Assembly (NCBI RefSeq): GCF_000016745.1
Contig: NC_009483.1
Coordinates: 4,650,001-4,682,000, forward strand
DNA: 32,000 bases
From: Geotalea uraniireducens Rf4
Lineage (GTDB): Bacteria > Desulfobacterota > Desulfuromonadia > Geobacterales > Geobacteraceae
Direction of reading: 5' to 3'
The notes below the pieces were generated by a model, which had not been told where the DNA came from, made no database searches, and saw only the letters and a list, made by a program, of their open reading frames with translations. The position numbers and the translations under genes were made by a program. Of this stretch, positions 8,271 to 16,132 are shown piece by piece. Positions within the stretch are counted from its first letter, which is position 1. Each line of letters opens with the position of its first letter.

Positions 8271-8422
8271 TCACAACAGGTCACTTCCCGAGCTCCAGAA
8301 TGGTAGCTAATTAGATTTTAATAATTATTTTTCATGGGCATTGCGATTTAGAGCGAATGATTTAAACTATTATTTCATAAACATTATCGGCCTTTATGCG
8401 CCTCGGAATAAACGGAAAGTGT

Positions 8423-9712
8423 ATGAGTATACCACTAAGGGTGTTAATTGTTGAAGACTCTCCTGATGATGCTGAACTCCTCTTGCGGGAATTGCGGCAC
8501 GGTGGATTCGATCCGTCTTTCCAGCGGGTCGATACTGCGGAGGGCATGATGTCAGCCCTTGAAGATCAGACGTGGGACATTGTCATTACAGACTACGTCA
8601 TGCCGCACTTCAACGGCATGGCCGCCTTGAACTTGCTTCAGGAGAAGGGGCTCGACCTGCCGTGCATAATCGTCTCCGGTAAAATCGGCGAGGATGCAGC
8701 GGTGGAAGCCATGCGCGGCGGCGCCCACGATTATTTTGTCAAGGGGCAGCTGGCGCGCCTTATACCCGCCATCAAACGAGAGCTGGTCGAAGCAAGGATA
8801 CGACAGGAGAGGAAGCGGGACGAAGAAATTCTGCGGCAGCAACTGGCAGCCATGGAAAGTTCACTGGACGGCATGGCGACCATCAACCGTAGCGGCGAAT
8901 TCATCTATCTTAATCACGCCCATGCCGAAATCCATGGATACGACACCCCGGAGGAACTCATCGGCAAAACATGGAAGGGCCTCTATGAGGAAAGAGAGGT
9001 CAGGAGGTTTGAAAACGAGATATTGCCGATCCTATGCCTGAACGGCAAATGGCGGGGAGAGGCAACGGGAAAGAAGAGGAACGGGACTCCTTTCCCCGAG
9101 GAGATATCCCTTGCCCTCATAGAGGGAGGAGGGATTGCCTACATCGTCCGGGACATTTCCGAGAGGAAGGAGGCAGAAGAGAAGCTCCGGTACATGAGCA
9201 CCCACGATGCACTCACCGGCCTCTACAATCGGGCCTATTTCGATGAAGAACTGGCGAGGCTGGAAAAGGGGCGACAGTTCCCGATCAGCATCGTGATGTC
9301 GGACGTGGACGGCTTGAAGGCGGTGAATGACAAGATGGGGCATGCACATGGAGATGCATTACTGAAACAGGCCGCCAAGGCGTTGAAGGAAGTCTTTCGG
9401 GCTGAAGATGTAGTAGCCAGGATTGGAGGCGACGAGTTTGCCGCGCTACTCCCCAGTACCGACGCTGCAGCCGTCAAGGAAATCATAAATCGGCTGAAAA
9501 AGAGCCTGGCCCACCACAACGAAGCCAGCTCTGCAAGCTCTGCCCCTCCCCTGAGCCTGTCAGTTGGAGTAGCCATTGCAGAGAACGGAGAAAAACTGAT
9601 CGATACCTGGAGATTGGCGGATGCACGCATGTACCTTGACAAACGATCGAGAACCAGCAGAAGCACGACTAAAGGCCCGCAAGCAGAACCGCCACGGAAG
9701 ACCAAGCCCTGA
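8423..9712 (+). CDS. response regulator with PAS and GGDEF (diguanylate cyclase) domains
   Basis: REC domain (RVLIVEDSPDDAELL...DIVITDYVMP...SGK), PAS (SLDGMATINRSGEFIYLNHAHAEIHGY), and GGDEF with an intact RIGGDEFAALL active site. I prefer the start at ATG 8423 (MSIPLRVLIVEDS). ATG 8396 is an alternative. Confidence 0.9.
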   Translation: MSIPLRVLIVEDSPDDAELLLRELRHGGFDPSFQRVDTAEGMMSALEDQTWDIVITDYVMPHFNGMAALNLLQEKGLDLPCIIVSGKIGEDAAVEAMRGGAHDYFVKGQLARLIPAIKRELVEARIRQERKRDEEILRQQLAAMESSLDGMATINRSGEFIYLNHAHAEIHGYDTPEELIGKTWKGLYEEREVRRFENEILPILCLNGKWRGEATGKKRNGTPFPEEISLALIEGGGIAYIVRDISERKEAEEKLRYMSTHDALTGLYNRAYFDEELARLEKGRQFPISIVMSDVDGLKAVNDKMGHAHGDALLKQAAKALKEVFRAEDVVARIGGDEFAALLPSTDAAAVKEIINRLKKSLAHHNEASSASSAPPLSLSVGVAIAENGEKLIDTWRLADARMYLDKRSRTSRSTTKGPQAEPPRKTKP

Positions 9713-9738
9713 TCCCTCGAAACTTGCAACACGACTTA

Positions 9739-9933
9739 TTCCAATTTCAAATCAAGGATGAAATCAAGGCGGCGAGGACTGAGGCGACGAAGGCCCTCAC
9801 CCGGCCTTTGGCCACCCTCTCCCAGAGGGAGAAGGTAAACAGTATCCTCTCTCTCTCTGGGAGAGAGATAGAGTGAGGGGTACGTTGAGGAGCCGAAGAC
9901 GAGCCAACGAAGCGCCTTGATTTGGAATTGGTA
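9739..9933 (+). repeat. TIR-bounded element, copy B (copy A family) carrying a nested insertion
   Basis: It has the same termini and flanking arms as 6417..6539: TTCCAATTTCAAATCAAGGATGAAATCAAGGCGGCGAGGA.TGAGGCGACGAAG ... TACGTTGAGGAGCCGAAGACGAGCCAACGAAG..CGCCTTGATTTGGAATTGG. The 12-bp central hairpin segment of copy A is replaced by 88 bp. Confidence 0.85.
9793..9880. repeat. nested palindromic element (CCCTCAC...GTGAGGG) inside copy B
   Basis: GCCCTCACCCGGCCTTTGGCCACCCTCTCCCAGAGGGAGAAGG...CCTCTCTCTCTCTGGGAGAGAGATAGAGTGAGGGG. It has outer 7-bp inverted ends, two internal hairpins, and a (CT)n/(GA)n tract. Confidence 0.7.
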
Positions 9934-10335
9934 TTATAATCCGGCTACTATCTTCCAGCCACCGAATTCCTTCTTCAGCCGTAGCGTTTCTTTTCCTTCC
10001 AGCTTCAGAGTTTTTCCCCTGATAACGACCTTCAGTCCATAGGTCCCGGAAATATCGGCACTGTTCCCTTTTATGTCGATCGTAAACCCGTCGGAACGAT
10101 AATCGATCTGGTCGAACAGGGCAAAGTTCGACTCCAATTCCTTCTTTTTAGCTGTAAAATCCTGGCCTTTATCCAGATAATCATGGGAAAGGAGGGTGAG
10201 ATAGAGATTTATATCTTTGTTGCGAAGCGCCTGCTGACGCTGAAGGGCCACCGAATGGAGCGCCTGCCGATCTGCGCTCTGACCGTCACAACCGATCATA
10301 AGCATAAAGATCAAACATGAAAGAATGACTCGCAT
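9934..10335 (-). CDS. small lipoprotein, NTF2-like (DUF4440/SnoaL-like) fold suspected
   Basis: Lipobox LMIGCDGQ. About 133 aa. The ORF-track first codon is TTG. The ATG at 10335 overlaps the bamD stop codon by 1 nt (TGATG). The fold assignment is weak. Confidence 0.55.
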   Translation of the reverse strand: MRVILSCLIFMLMIGCDGQSADRQALHSVALQRQQALRNKDINLYLTLLSHDYLDKGQDFTAKKKELESNFALFDQIDYRSDGFTIDIKGNSADISGTYGLKVVIRGKTLKLEGKETLRLKKEFGGWKIVAGL

Positions 10336-11084
10336 CAATAATACTTTTCCATGACCTGCTTTGCCTCTTCAATATATTTACTTGATGCGTACTGCTTGGC
10401 AAGAAGGTTGAACGTCTCCCGTCCCTTGACCTTATCCCCGGAGAGAAAATACGCCTTTCCAAGATAAAAGAGGGTTTCATCATGGAACTCAGACTTGGGA
10501 TATTTCAGTAGTGCCTCTTCCAGACGCTTGGTTGCTGCAGCATACTTTTCAGTACGCAGGTAAAATCGCCCCACATATATCTCATACTCAATCTGCTTCA
10601 TAATGCAGACATCGAGTTTGTCCTTCACCTCTGCGACATATTCGGATTTCGGATACTGTTTGAGAAATGCTTCGAAAAGGTTGACCGCGTTCTTGACGGG
10701 TGTCTGGTCGGTATCGATCCCTGATATCTGGTTGTAATTACAAAGCCCTAACCGGTACAAAGCATAGGCAGCCTTCTCGTGGTTCGGGTGGAGCTTGCGG
10801 AAATCCTCATAGGCAGCGGCTGCTTCTATGTAGCTCTGGTTATCAAAATGGGCATCGGCAATTTTCAAATCCACCAGGGTGCTCAGCTCCGGGGAGGAAA
10901 ATGTCTCTTTTACCTTTTTCCACTGGGCAATGGCATCTTCGTAGTTATGGGAGGCGTAGAACTCCTCGCCTTCCTTGAAATAGGTATCCGCTGTCTTGAC
11001 GACCGGAACGGTACCGGCACAGCCGGCGAGGAGAAGCAGCAGGAAAAGGTTAATGGCATGTTTGCTAAGTTTCTGAAAAGGCAT
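10335..11084 (-). CDS. bamD: outer membrane protein assembly factor BamD (YfiO), TPR lipoprotein
   Basis: Lipobox LLLAGCAG, followed by TPR-like repeats: YFKEGEEFYASHNYEDAIAQWKKV...IADAHFDNQSYIEAAAAYEDFRKLHPNHEKAAYALYRLGLC. Confidence 0.85.
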   Translation of the reverse strand: MPFQKLSKHAINLFLLLLLAGCAGTVPVVKTADTYFKEGEEFYASHNYEDAIAQWKKVKETFSSPELSTLVDLKIADAHFDNQSYIEAAAAYEDFRKLHPNHEKAAYALYRLGLCNYNQISGIDTDQTPVKNAVNLFEAFLKQYPKSEYVAEVKDKLDVCIMKQIEYEIYVGRFYLRTEKYAAATKRLEEALLKYPKSEFHDETLFYLGKAYFLSGDKVKGRETFNLLAKQYASSKYIEEAKQVMEKYY

Positions 11085-11197
11085 TGTTTCCCCTGTAGCA
11101 GTTGGATTATTACAAGAAAATTAGTGGAAAAAGGGTGCATTGTCAATGCAAAGTTGCCGACCTGCACAGCAGCAGAAAATAAACGGGCGGAGCTCGC

Positions 11198-11221
11198 AAA
11201 AAAGGCGGGGATATCCCCGCC
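11198..11221 (-). terminator. intrinsic terminator downstream of typA
   Basis: Minus-strand GGCGGGG-ATAT-CCCCGCC followed by TTTTTT. Confidence 0.75.
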
Positions 11222-11255
11222 TCTCTGATTCCGCAGCTCATGGTGATCGTTTCGA

Positions 11256-13055
11256 CTATCCCTTTCGCTTCCGCTTGTTCGGATCAAGCTCCTTCTTGCG
11301 CAGCCGGATCGACAGGGGGGTCACCTCGACCAGTTCGTCGTCGTCGATGAACTCAAGTGCCTGCTCCAGGGTTAGCAGGCGCGGCGGGGTAAGCTTGATG
11401 GCATCGTCGGAACCGGAGGCACGGACGTTGGTCAGCTTTTTCCCCTTGCAGGGATTGACATCCAGATCGTTGTCCTTGGCGTGCTGGCCGATGATCATGC
11501 CGCCATAAACCTCTACACCGGCGCCGATAAAGAGGGTCCCGCGCGGCTGCAAACCGTCCAGGGAGTAGGCAGTGGTTTCGCCATGCTCCATGGCCATCAG
11601 AACGCCGTTCTTGCGACCGGGGATATCGCCCTTGTAGGGTGCATATTCATGAAAAGTGTGGGTGACTACCGCGGTACCGCGGGTTTCGGTCAGGACTTCG
11701 CCGCGCAGGCCGATGAGTCCCCGTGCCGGGATTACGAACTCGAGCCGGATCGTCTCCCCCATGGGGTTCATGGCAACCATTTCCCCCTTGCGCGGTCCCA
11801 TCTTCTCGATGATGGCCCCCTGATACTCGGACGGAACGTCTACGACCAGATACTCCATCGGCTCAAGTTTTTTCCCGTCTTCCTCGCGAATGATGACCTC
11901 CGGCTTTGAAACCGCCATCTCAAAACCTTCCCTGCGCATGTTCTCGATCAGGATCGAGAGGTGCAGCTCGCCGCGCCCTGAAACCTTGAAGGTATCGGGA
12001 TTGGCCGTATCCTCTACGCGAAGCGACACATTGGTACGCAGCTCCCTGTCGAGTCGCTCACGGATATTGCGGGAGGTAACGAGCTTCCCTTCCCGGCCGG
12101 CAAAAGGAGAGTTGTTGACGATGAAGTTCATGGCGATGGTCGGTTCGTCGATGGAAACATAGGGAAGTCCGGTCGGGTTGTCGGCCGCGGCCAGGGTCTC
12201 GCCGATCCCCACTTCATCGAAACCGGCTACGGTAACGATGTCACCGGTGCAGGCTTCGGGAATATCCACCTGCTTCAGCCCCTCGTAGCCGAGAAGCTTT
12301 GAGATACGCCCCTTCACCACCTTGCCGTCGCGTTTGACGAGGGCGATGTTCTCACCGGCCGTGACCTTGCCGTTGAAGATCTTGCCGGTGGCGATCCTTC
12401 CTATGTAGTCGTTGTAATCGATGTTGGTGACAAGCAGCTGGAACGGGGCGTTCGGGTCGCCTGCCGGCGGCCGGACGTTAGACTCGATCACTGCAAAAAG
12501 CGGCTCCAGGCTGGTGGAGGCTGCATTCATGTCAAGCATGGCGTAACCGAGCTTGGCGCTCGTGTAAACGATGGCGAAGTCCAACTGCTCGTCGCTCGCA
12601 TTAAGTTCGCAGAACAGGTCAAAAACCATATCCACAACCTCGGCGGGCCTGGCGCCGGGTCGGTCGACCTTGTTGATGACGACTATCGGCTTCAGCCCCA
12701 GGTCGAGAGATTTTTTCAGCACGAACCTGGTCTGCGGCATGGGGCCGTCGAGTGCGTCTACCAGCAAGAGCACCGAATCCACCATCTTCAGCACCCGCTC
12801 CACCTCGCCGCCGAAGTCCGCGTGGCCGGGGGTATCGACGATGTTGATCTTGTAACGACCGTGATGCACGGAAAGATTTTTCGAGAGAATGGTGATGCCG
12901 CGTTCTTTCTCCAGATCGTTTGAGTCCATCACCCGCTCGGTGATGGCTTCGTTTTCACGGAATACCCCGGCATGCTTGAGCATGGCATCGACCAGCGTGG
13001 TCTTGCCATGGTCAACGTGGGCAATTATGGCGATATTTCTGATTGATTCCTGCAT
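11256..13055 (-). CDS. typA: translational GTPase TypA/BipA
   Basis: 599 aa. [19 protein letters not shown] (G1), [14 protein letters not shown] (G3), NKVDR (G4), and EF-G-like domains. Full length. Confidence 0.97.
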   Translation of the reverse strand: MQESIRNIAIIAHVDHGKTTLVDAMLKHAGVFRENEAITERVMDSNDLEKERGITILSKNLSVHHGRYKINIVDTPGHADFGGEVERVLKMVDSVLLLVDALDGPMPQTRFVLKKSLDLGLKPIVVINKVDRPGARPAEVVDMVFDLFCELNASDEQLDFAIVYTSAKLGYAMLDMNAASTSLEPLFAVIESNVRPPAGDPNAPFQLLVTNIDYNDYIGRIATGKIFNGKVTAGENIALVKRDGKVVKGRISKLLGYEGLKQVDIPEACTGDIVTVAGFDEVGIGETLAAADNPTGLPYVSIDEPTIAMNFIVNNSPFAGREGKLVTSRNIRERLDRELRTNVSLRVEDTANPDTFKVSGRGELHLSILIENMRREGFEMAVSKPEVIIREEDGKKLEPMEYLVVDVPSEYQGAIIEKMGPRKGEMVAMNPMGETIRLEFVIPARGLIGLRGEVLTETRGTAVVTHTFHEYAPYKGDIPGRKNGVLMAMEHGETTAYSLDGLQPRGTLFIGAGVEVYGGMIIGQHAKDNDLDVNPCKGKKLTNVRASGSDDAIKLTPPRLLTLEQALEFIDDDELVEVTPLSIRLRKKELDPNKRKRKG

Positions 13056-13118
13056 ATGCGAACAGCTCCTCTTTCCTGTCTGCGGCGGGAACCGCAGTTT
13101 ATTTATTATGTGCTTGAT

Positions 13119-13151
13119 AAAAGAAAAAGACGGGCTTTAAGCCCGCCTTTT
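13119..13151 (-). terminator. intrinsic terminator downstream of the TPR membrane protein gene
   Basis: Minus-strand GGCGGGC-TTAAA-GCCCGTC followed by TTTTTCTTTT. Confidence 0.6.
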
Positions 13152-13191
13152 GTAACAGCTATTTATGACAGCTTTCCTGACAAATTACAAG

Positions 13192-13917
13192 TTATTTTCT
13201 GATAATCCGTCTTTTCCCGCCCATGGCCGCCATCTGCTGCTTTTGTATGGTGCCGATGCTCTCCAGGTGGAACTGGAGCCACATTTCCCCATAAGCCTTC
13301 ATCTTCATCTTTTTACCTTCGTTTAAAAGCTCCAGGTTCTGCTTGATCCGTTCATCACCCGGCAACTTTTTCAGCCCTCGCTCCAGGACCTCTTTCGCCT
13401 TTCCCGTATCACCGCAATCGTTGAGACAATAGGCATAAAGACTCCAGAGGAGCGACTCCTTCGGGCTCCCGACTACAGCCTTCTCAAAGGTGTCCTTCAT
13501 CTTGTCCTTCTTGTTGCGCTTCATGTAGGTAACGGCAAGCATCCCCATAGTGACCCAGTTCTTGAAAAACCCCTTCTCCAGATAGGGGAAGGCGTTGGAA
13601 AAGTCTCGTTTAACGAAGTAAACCATGCCGATCGTGGAATTGATCTGACCCGTGACATATATCTGCCACTTGCCGTACTTGAAGGCACTCTTCAGGTCCC
13701 GGATACCCTTTTCAAAGCGTTGGGACTGGATGTCCTTCATTGCCGTACCCATCAACGCTTCCAGCTTCTTTGTAATAATGCGGGATATGAGGATGAACGA
13801 ACCAAGAAAAACCGGCAGGGAGATGAGCAGCGCACCCCACCAGGGAAGGCCAACGGCCAGCTTCAGCAGCAGAAAAATGGCTATTGCCGTGCCAGCAGAA
13901 ATAAGAAGATTGTACAT
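13192..13917 (-). CDS. membrane-anchored TPR-like protein
   Basis: Two N-terminal TM helices (LLISAGTAIAIFLLLKLAV / WWGALLISLPVFLGSFILI) followed by TPR-like helical repeats. No more specific family is recognisable. Confidence 0.6.
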   Translation of the reverse strand: MYNLLISAGTAIAIFLLLKLAVGLPWWGALLISLPVFLGSFILISRIITKKLEALMGTAMKDIQSQRFEKGIRDLKSAFKYGKWQIYVTGQINSTIGMVYFVKRDFSNAFPYLEKGFFKNWVTMGMLAVTYMKRNKKDKMKDTFEKAVVGSPKESLLWSLYAYCLNDCGDTGKAKEVLERGLKKLPGDERIKQNLELLNEGKKMKMKAYGEMWLQFHLESIGTIQKQQMAAMGGKRRIIRK

Positions 13918-14009
13918 CGAGGTCTATCCTTTCAATTCTCGTAATGTTAAACGGGTACGACATGCAGCATTTTCATCCGGCAACGACGGCACTTCACCGA
14001 GGCGAGCGT

Positions 14010-15533
14010 TCAGCCATTATCTTCGGCAGCATTCGTCATCACGCCCTTTTTCTCCACATACTTGGCAACGATTATCCGCTTGCCAGGCCGCAAGGCTACC
14101 CTGGTTTTGATGTTGTTCCAGAGGGAGAGGATTCTGGCTGAGACATTGAAACGCTTGGCAAGAGCCGCCAAGGTATCCCCCTTTTTAACCGTGTAGTACT
14201 TGTTGAACGATTTACTATCCGATCCGGCATGCGAAGGGCGCGGCGCACCTTTTTCAGACGGACCTTCCAGGGCGGCTATCTGCACGGGAACAATCAGCAC
14301 CTTGCCCCGCAGCCGCTTCACCTTGCCGAGGCTGTTCAGTTCCGCCAACACCTGACTGGTTGTGCCGAAGCGCTTTGCCACAGATGCCAGCGTATCGCGT
14401 TTTTTAGCTCTGTAACGGGCATACTGGATCTTCTCCGTGTAACGCTTGTCCTCGGGGATCTTTGCATACTCCGCCTCGAACGCCGCCTTCTTTCCCCGGG
14501 GAATTTTCAACTGGTAGCCGGGATAATCGGGGGGAGTGCACCAGCGACGCAGCTCGGGATTCAGGTCCCGAACGGCCTGGTAAGGAATTTCACAGATTTT
14601 GGCCACCACTTCCAGGTCGGTCCTGGAGGGAATCGTCACCGTATCGAACTCCACGGGGGGGAGATAGGCGACGTCGGCAAAACCGTATTTAGCCGGTTCC
14701 TTGGCAATAATTGCCGCCGCCAGCAGTTTCGGCACATAATCCTTGGTCTCGCGCTTAAGGTATGCGCCTTTGGAAAGCTGCCAGAAATCCCTGCTGTTAT
14801 ACATGTTGATGGCACGCAGGATCTTGTTTTCCCCCGCATTGTAACCTGCGGCAGCCAGATACCAGTCGTTGTTGAACATGGCATAGAGCTCCTTGAGGTA
14901 CAAAGCTGCGGCAACGGTAGATTTGAGGGGATCACGGCGCTCGTCGATCCACGAATCTATTCGCAGGGAATAACGCTTGCCGGTAGCGGACATGAACTGC
15001 CACGGCCCCACGGCACTTGCAACGGAATAGGCGTGGGGAGAAAAGCCGCTCTCGATCATGGCCAGATAAACGAGATCCTCGGGGAGCCCCTCTTTTTTCA
15101 GTACTTCCCGCATCATGGGGATAAAGCGTTCCGACCGGGAAAGCCACTTGGAAAAGGCTTTCCTGCCGCTGGTCTGGAAATAGTGGGTGAAATATTCTAC
15201 CTTGCTGTTGAAGGTCAGGGGAATGTCGGACTCGGGGAGCTCCTCTTCCGGGAGCTTGAGATCGAAGTCCGTTTCTACCTGCTTGGCCAGGGCCTCTTCA
15301 AGTGAGAAAATTTCGGAAGGGGGAAGTTCAAGCGCCTGGAGCAGGTGTCCTTCGCTGGTGGAGGAGGCAAGCCGGCTGCGGGACTGTTCGGTTTTGCCGA
15401 TAAGCTTTGCCGGATCAGAAAGGGAGAGATTTGCTTCATGCGCCATTGCCTCCTGCTGCAAAAACGGTTGATCCACAGCGAAGGCCGAAGGCGCCGGCAG
15501 AAGCATTACAAGCATTAGCAGTATTTTATTCAT
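14010..15533 (-). CDS. mltD: lytic murein transglycosylase (SLT domain) with C-terminal LysM repeats, MltD-like
   Basis: SLT catalytic region LVYLAMIESGFSPHAYSVASAVGPWQFM...AGYNAGE. At least two LysM repeats are present (YRAKKRDTLASVAKRFGTTSQVLAELNSL; YTVKKGDTLAALAKRFNVSARILSLWNNI). I place the start at ATG 15533 (MNKILLMLVMLLPAPSAFA signal peptide, GGAAGGTG RBS) rather than at 15620. Confidence 0.88.
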   Translation of the reverse strand: MNKILLMLVMLLPAPSAFAVDQPFLQQEAMAHEANLSLSDPAKLIGKTEQSRSRLASSTSEGHLLQALELPPSEIFSLEEALAKQVETDFDLKLPEEELPESDIPLTFNSKVEYFTHYFQTSGRKAFSKWLSRSERFIPMMREVLKKEGLPEDLVYLAMIESGFSPHAYSVASAVGPWQFMSATGKRYSLRIDSWIDERRDPLKSTVAAALYLKELYAMFNNDWYLAAAGYNAGENKILRAINMYNSRDFWQLSKGAYLKRETKDYVPKLLAAAIIAKEPAKYGFADVAYLPPVEFDTVTIPSRTDLEVVAKICEIPYQAVRDLNPELRRWCTPPDYPGYQLKIPRGKKAAFEAEYAKIPEDKRYTEKIQYARYRAKKRDTLASVAKRFGTTSQVLAELNSLGKVKRLRGKVLIVPVQIAALEGPSEKGAPRPSHAGSDSKSFNKYYTVKKGDTLAALAKRFNVSARILSLWNNIKTRVALRPGKRIIVAKYVEKKGVMTNAAEDNG

Positions 15534-15757
15534 TGACAGACACCTTCCGCTGAACTTAAGCGGGAATATCAGTTTCATCCAAATTACTGATGAAAATCGA
15601 GGTTCTTTTTGATCCGGCAAGGGAGATGAAAGGAGTGCACAGAGGCAACATCATTACGCCACATATCAAGCCCGTAGGGACATGGCCAGGACAACAAAGA
15701 ACCGTCTGCGGAGAAACCTGGCGAAGGCAAGCAAAACAGCCCCAGCCTGGATGGGTC

Positions 15758-15786
15758 AAAATAGCGGAATTTCACTGATTTGTCAA
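15758..15786 (-). promoter_or_regulatory. candidate sigma70 promoter for the transglycosylase gene
   Basis: Minus-strand TTGACA (15786..15781), N17, TATTTT (15763..15758). This implies a leader of about 215 nt. Confidence 0.4.
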
Positions 15787-15871
15787 TGTTAAAGGGATTT
15801 TTGCGGCGATGGAGTGTGAGTTAGAAAATAACGACTGAGCGGCAAATACGTGTACCGAAGATGTCGGCCGG

Positions 15872-16075
15872 ATAAAAAACGACAAAAGTAAAGCCCCCTG
15901 TCAGGACTAACAGGGGGCCTCTTGGGAACGCCCGCCGCGTTGAACCGGCGGGCTAACTAGGGCAACCTTCTTTGCAGCGGGTTACCGGGCGAAGCATATA
16001 GATTGTGGTCCACATAAGTCAGTAGGTCTCCTTTCGCTGTAATTTTCCTTCCCTCGCAATATTTTCTGCGAGGAT
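15872..16075 (-). ncRNA. candidate small RNA or sORF-bearing orphan transcript (about 200 nt)
   Basis: It is bounded by a near-consensus promoter (16110..16082) and an intrinsic terminator: 9-bp stem GCCCCCTGT/ACAGGGGGC at 15893..15918, followed by a T-rich tail down to about 15872. It contains the hairpins CCTCGCA-GAAAATAT-TGCGAGG and an 8-bp stem GCCCGCCG/CGGCGGGC. A 20-codon ORF (16015..15953, MWTTIYMLRPVTRCKEGCPS) follows AAAGGAGA. I recognise no known RNA family. Confidence 0.35.
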
Positions 16076-16081
16076 GTCTAC

Positions 16082-16110
16082 ATATTAATCCTCCCCCAAA
16101 GCGATGTCAA
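16082..16110 (-). promoter_or_regulatory. near-consensus sigma70 promoter (TTGACA-N17-TAATAT)
   Basis: Minus-strand TTGACA at 16110..16105, a 17-nt spacer, and TAATAT at 16087..16082. It lies immediately downstream of the DUF362 stop codon (16133). Confidence 0.5.
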
Positions 16111-16132
16111 CCCGCCGCACCATTAAATCAAT

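Noticed and set aside
6417-9933. Whether the repeated 120-190-bp units could be a CRISPR array or other tandem array.
   Set aside because: There are only two copies, 3.2 kb apart and separated by two ordinary genes. The units are much longer than CRISPR repeats and have terminal inverted repeats. No cas genes are present.
15925-15950. A GGTTCAA-containing hairpin (minus strand) resembling a tRNA T-arm, which could indicate a tRNA, tmRNA or tRNA-like element.
   Set aside because: The stem is 8 bp with an 8-nt loop, whereas a T-arm has a 5-bp stem and a 7-nt loop. No acceptor, D or anticodon arms and no CCA context can be drawn around it. I found no other tRNA-like T-loop (GGTTCGAAT-type) in a non-coding context in the window.
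15872-16075. A c-di-GMP/cGAMP (GEMM-I) riboswitch, which is common in Geobacter, as the identity of the orphan transcript.
   Set aside because: The conserved GGCAAACC and ACGCAAAGC blocks are absent and only a lone GCAAAG is present. The transcript is also followed by its own terminator and then a separate promoter. This was judged by eye only, and an Infernal scan would be decisive.
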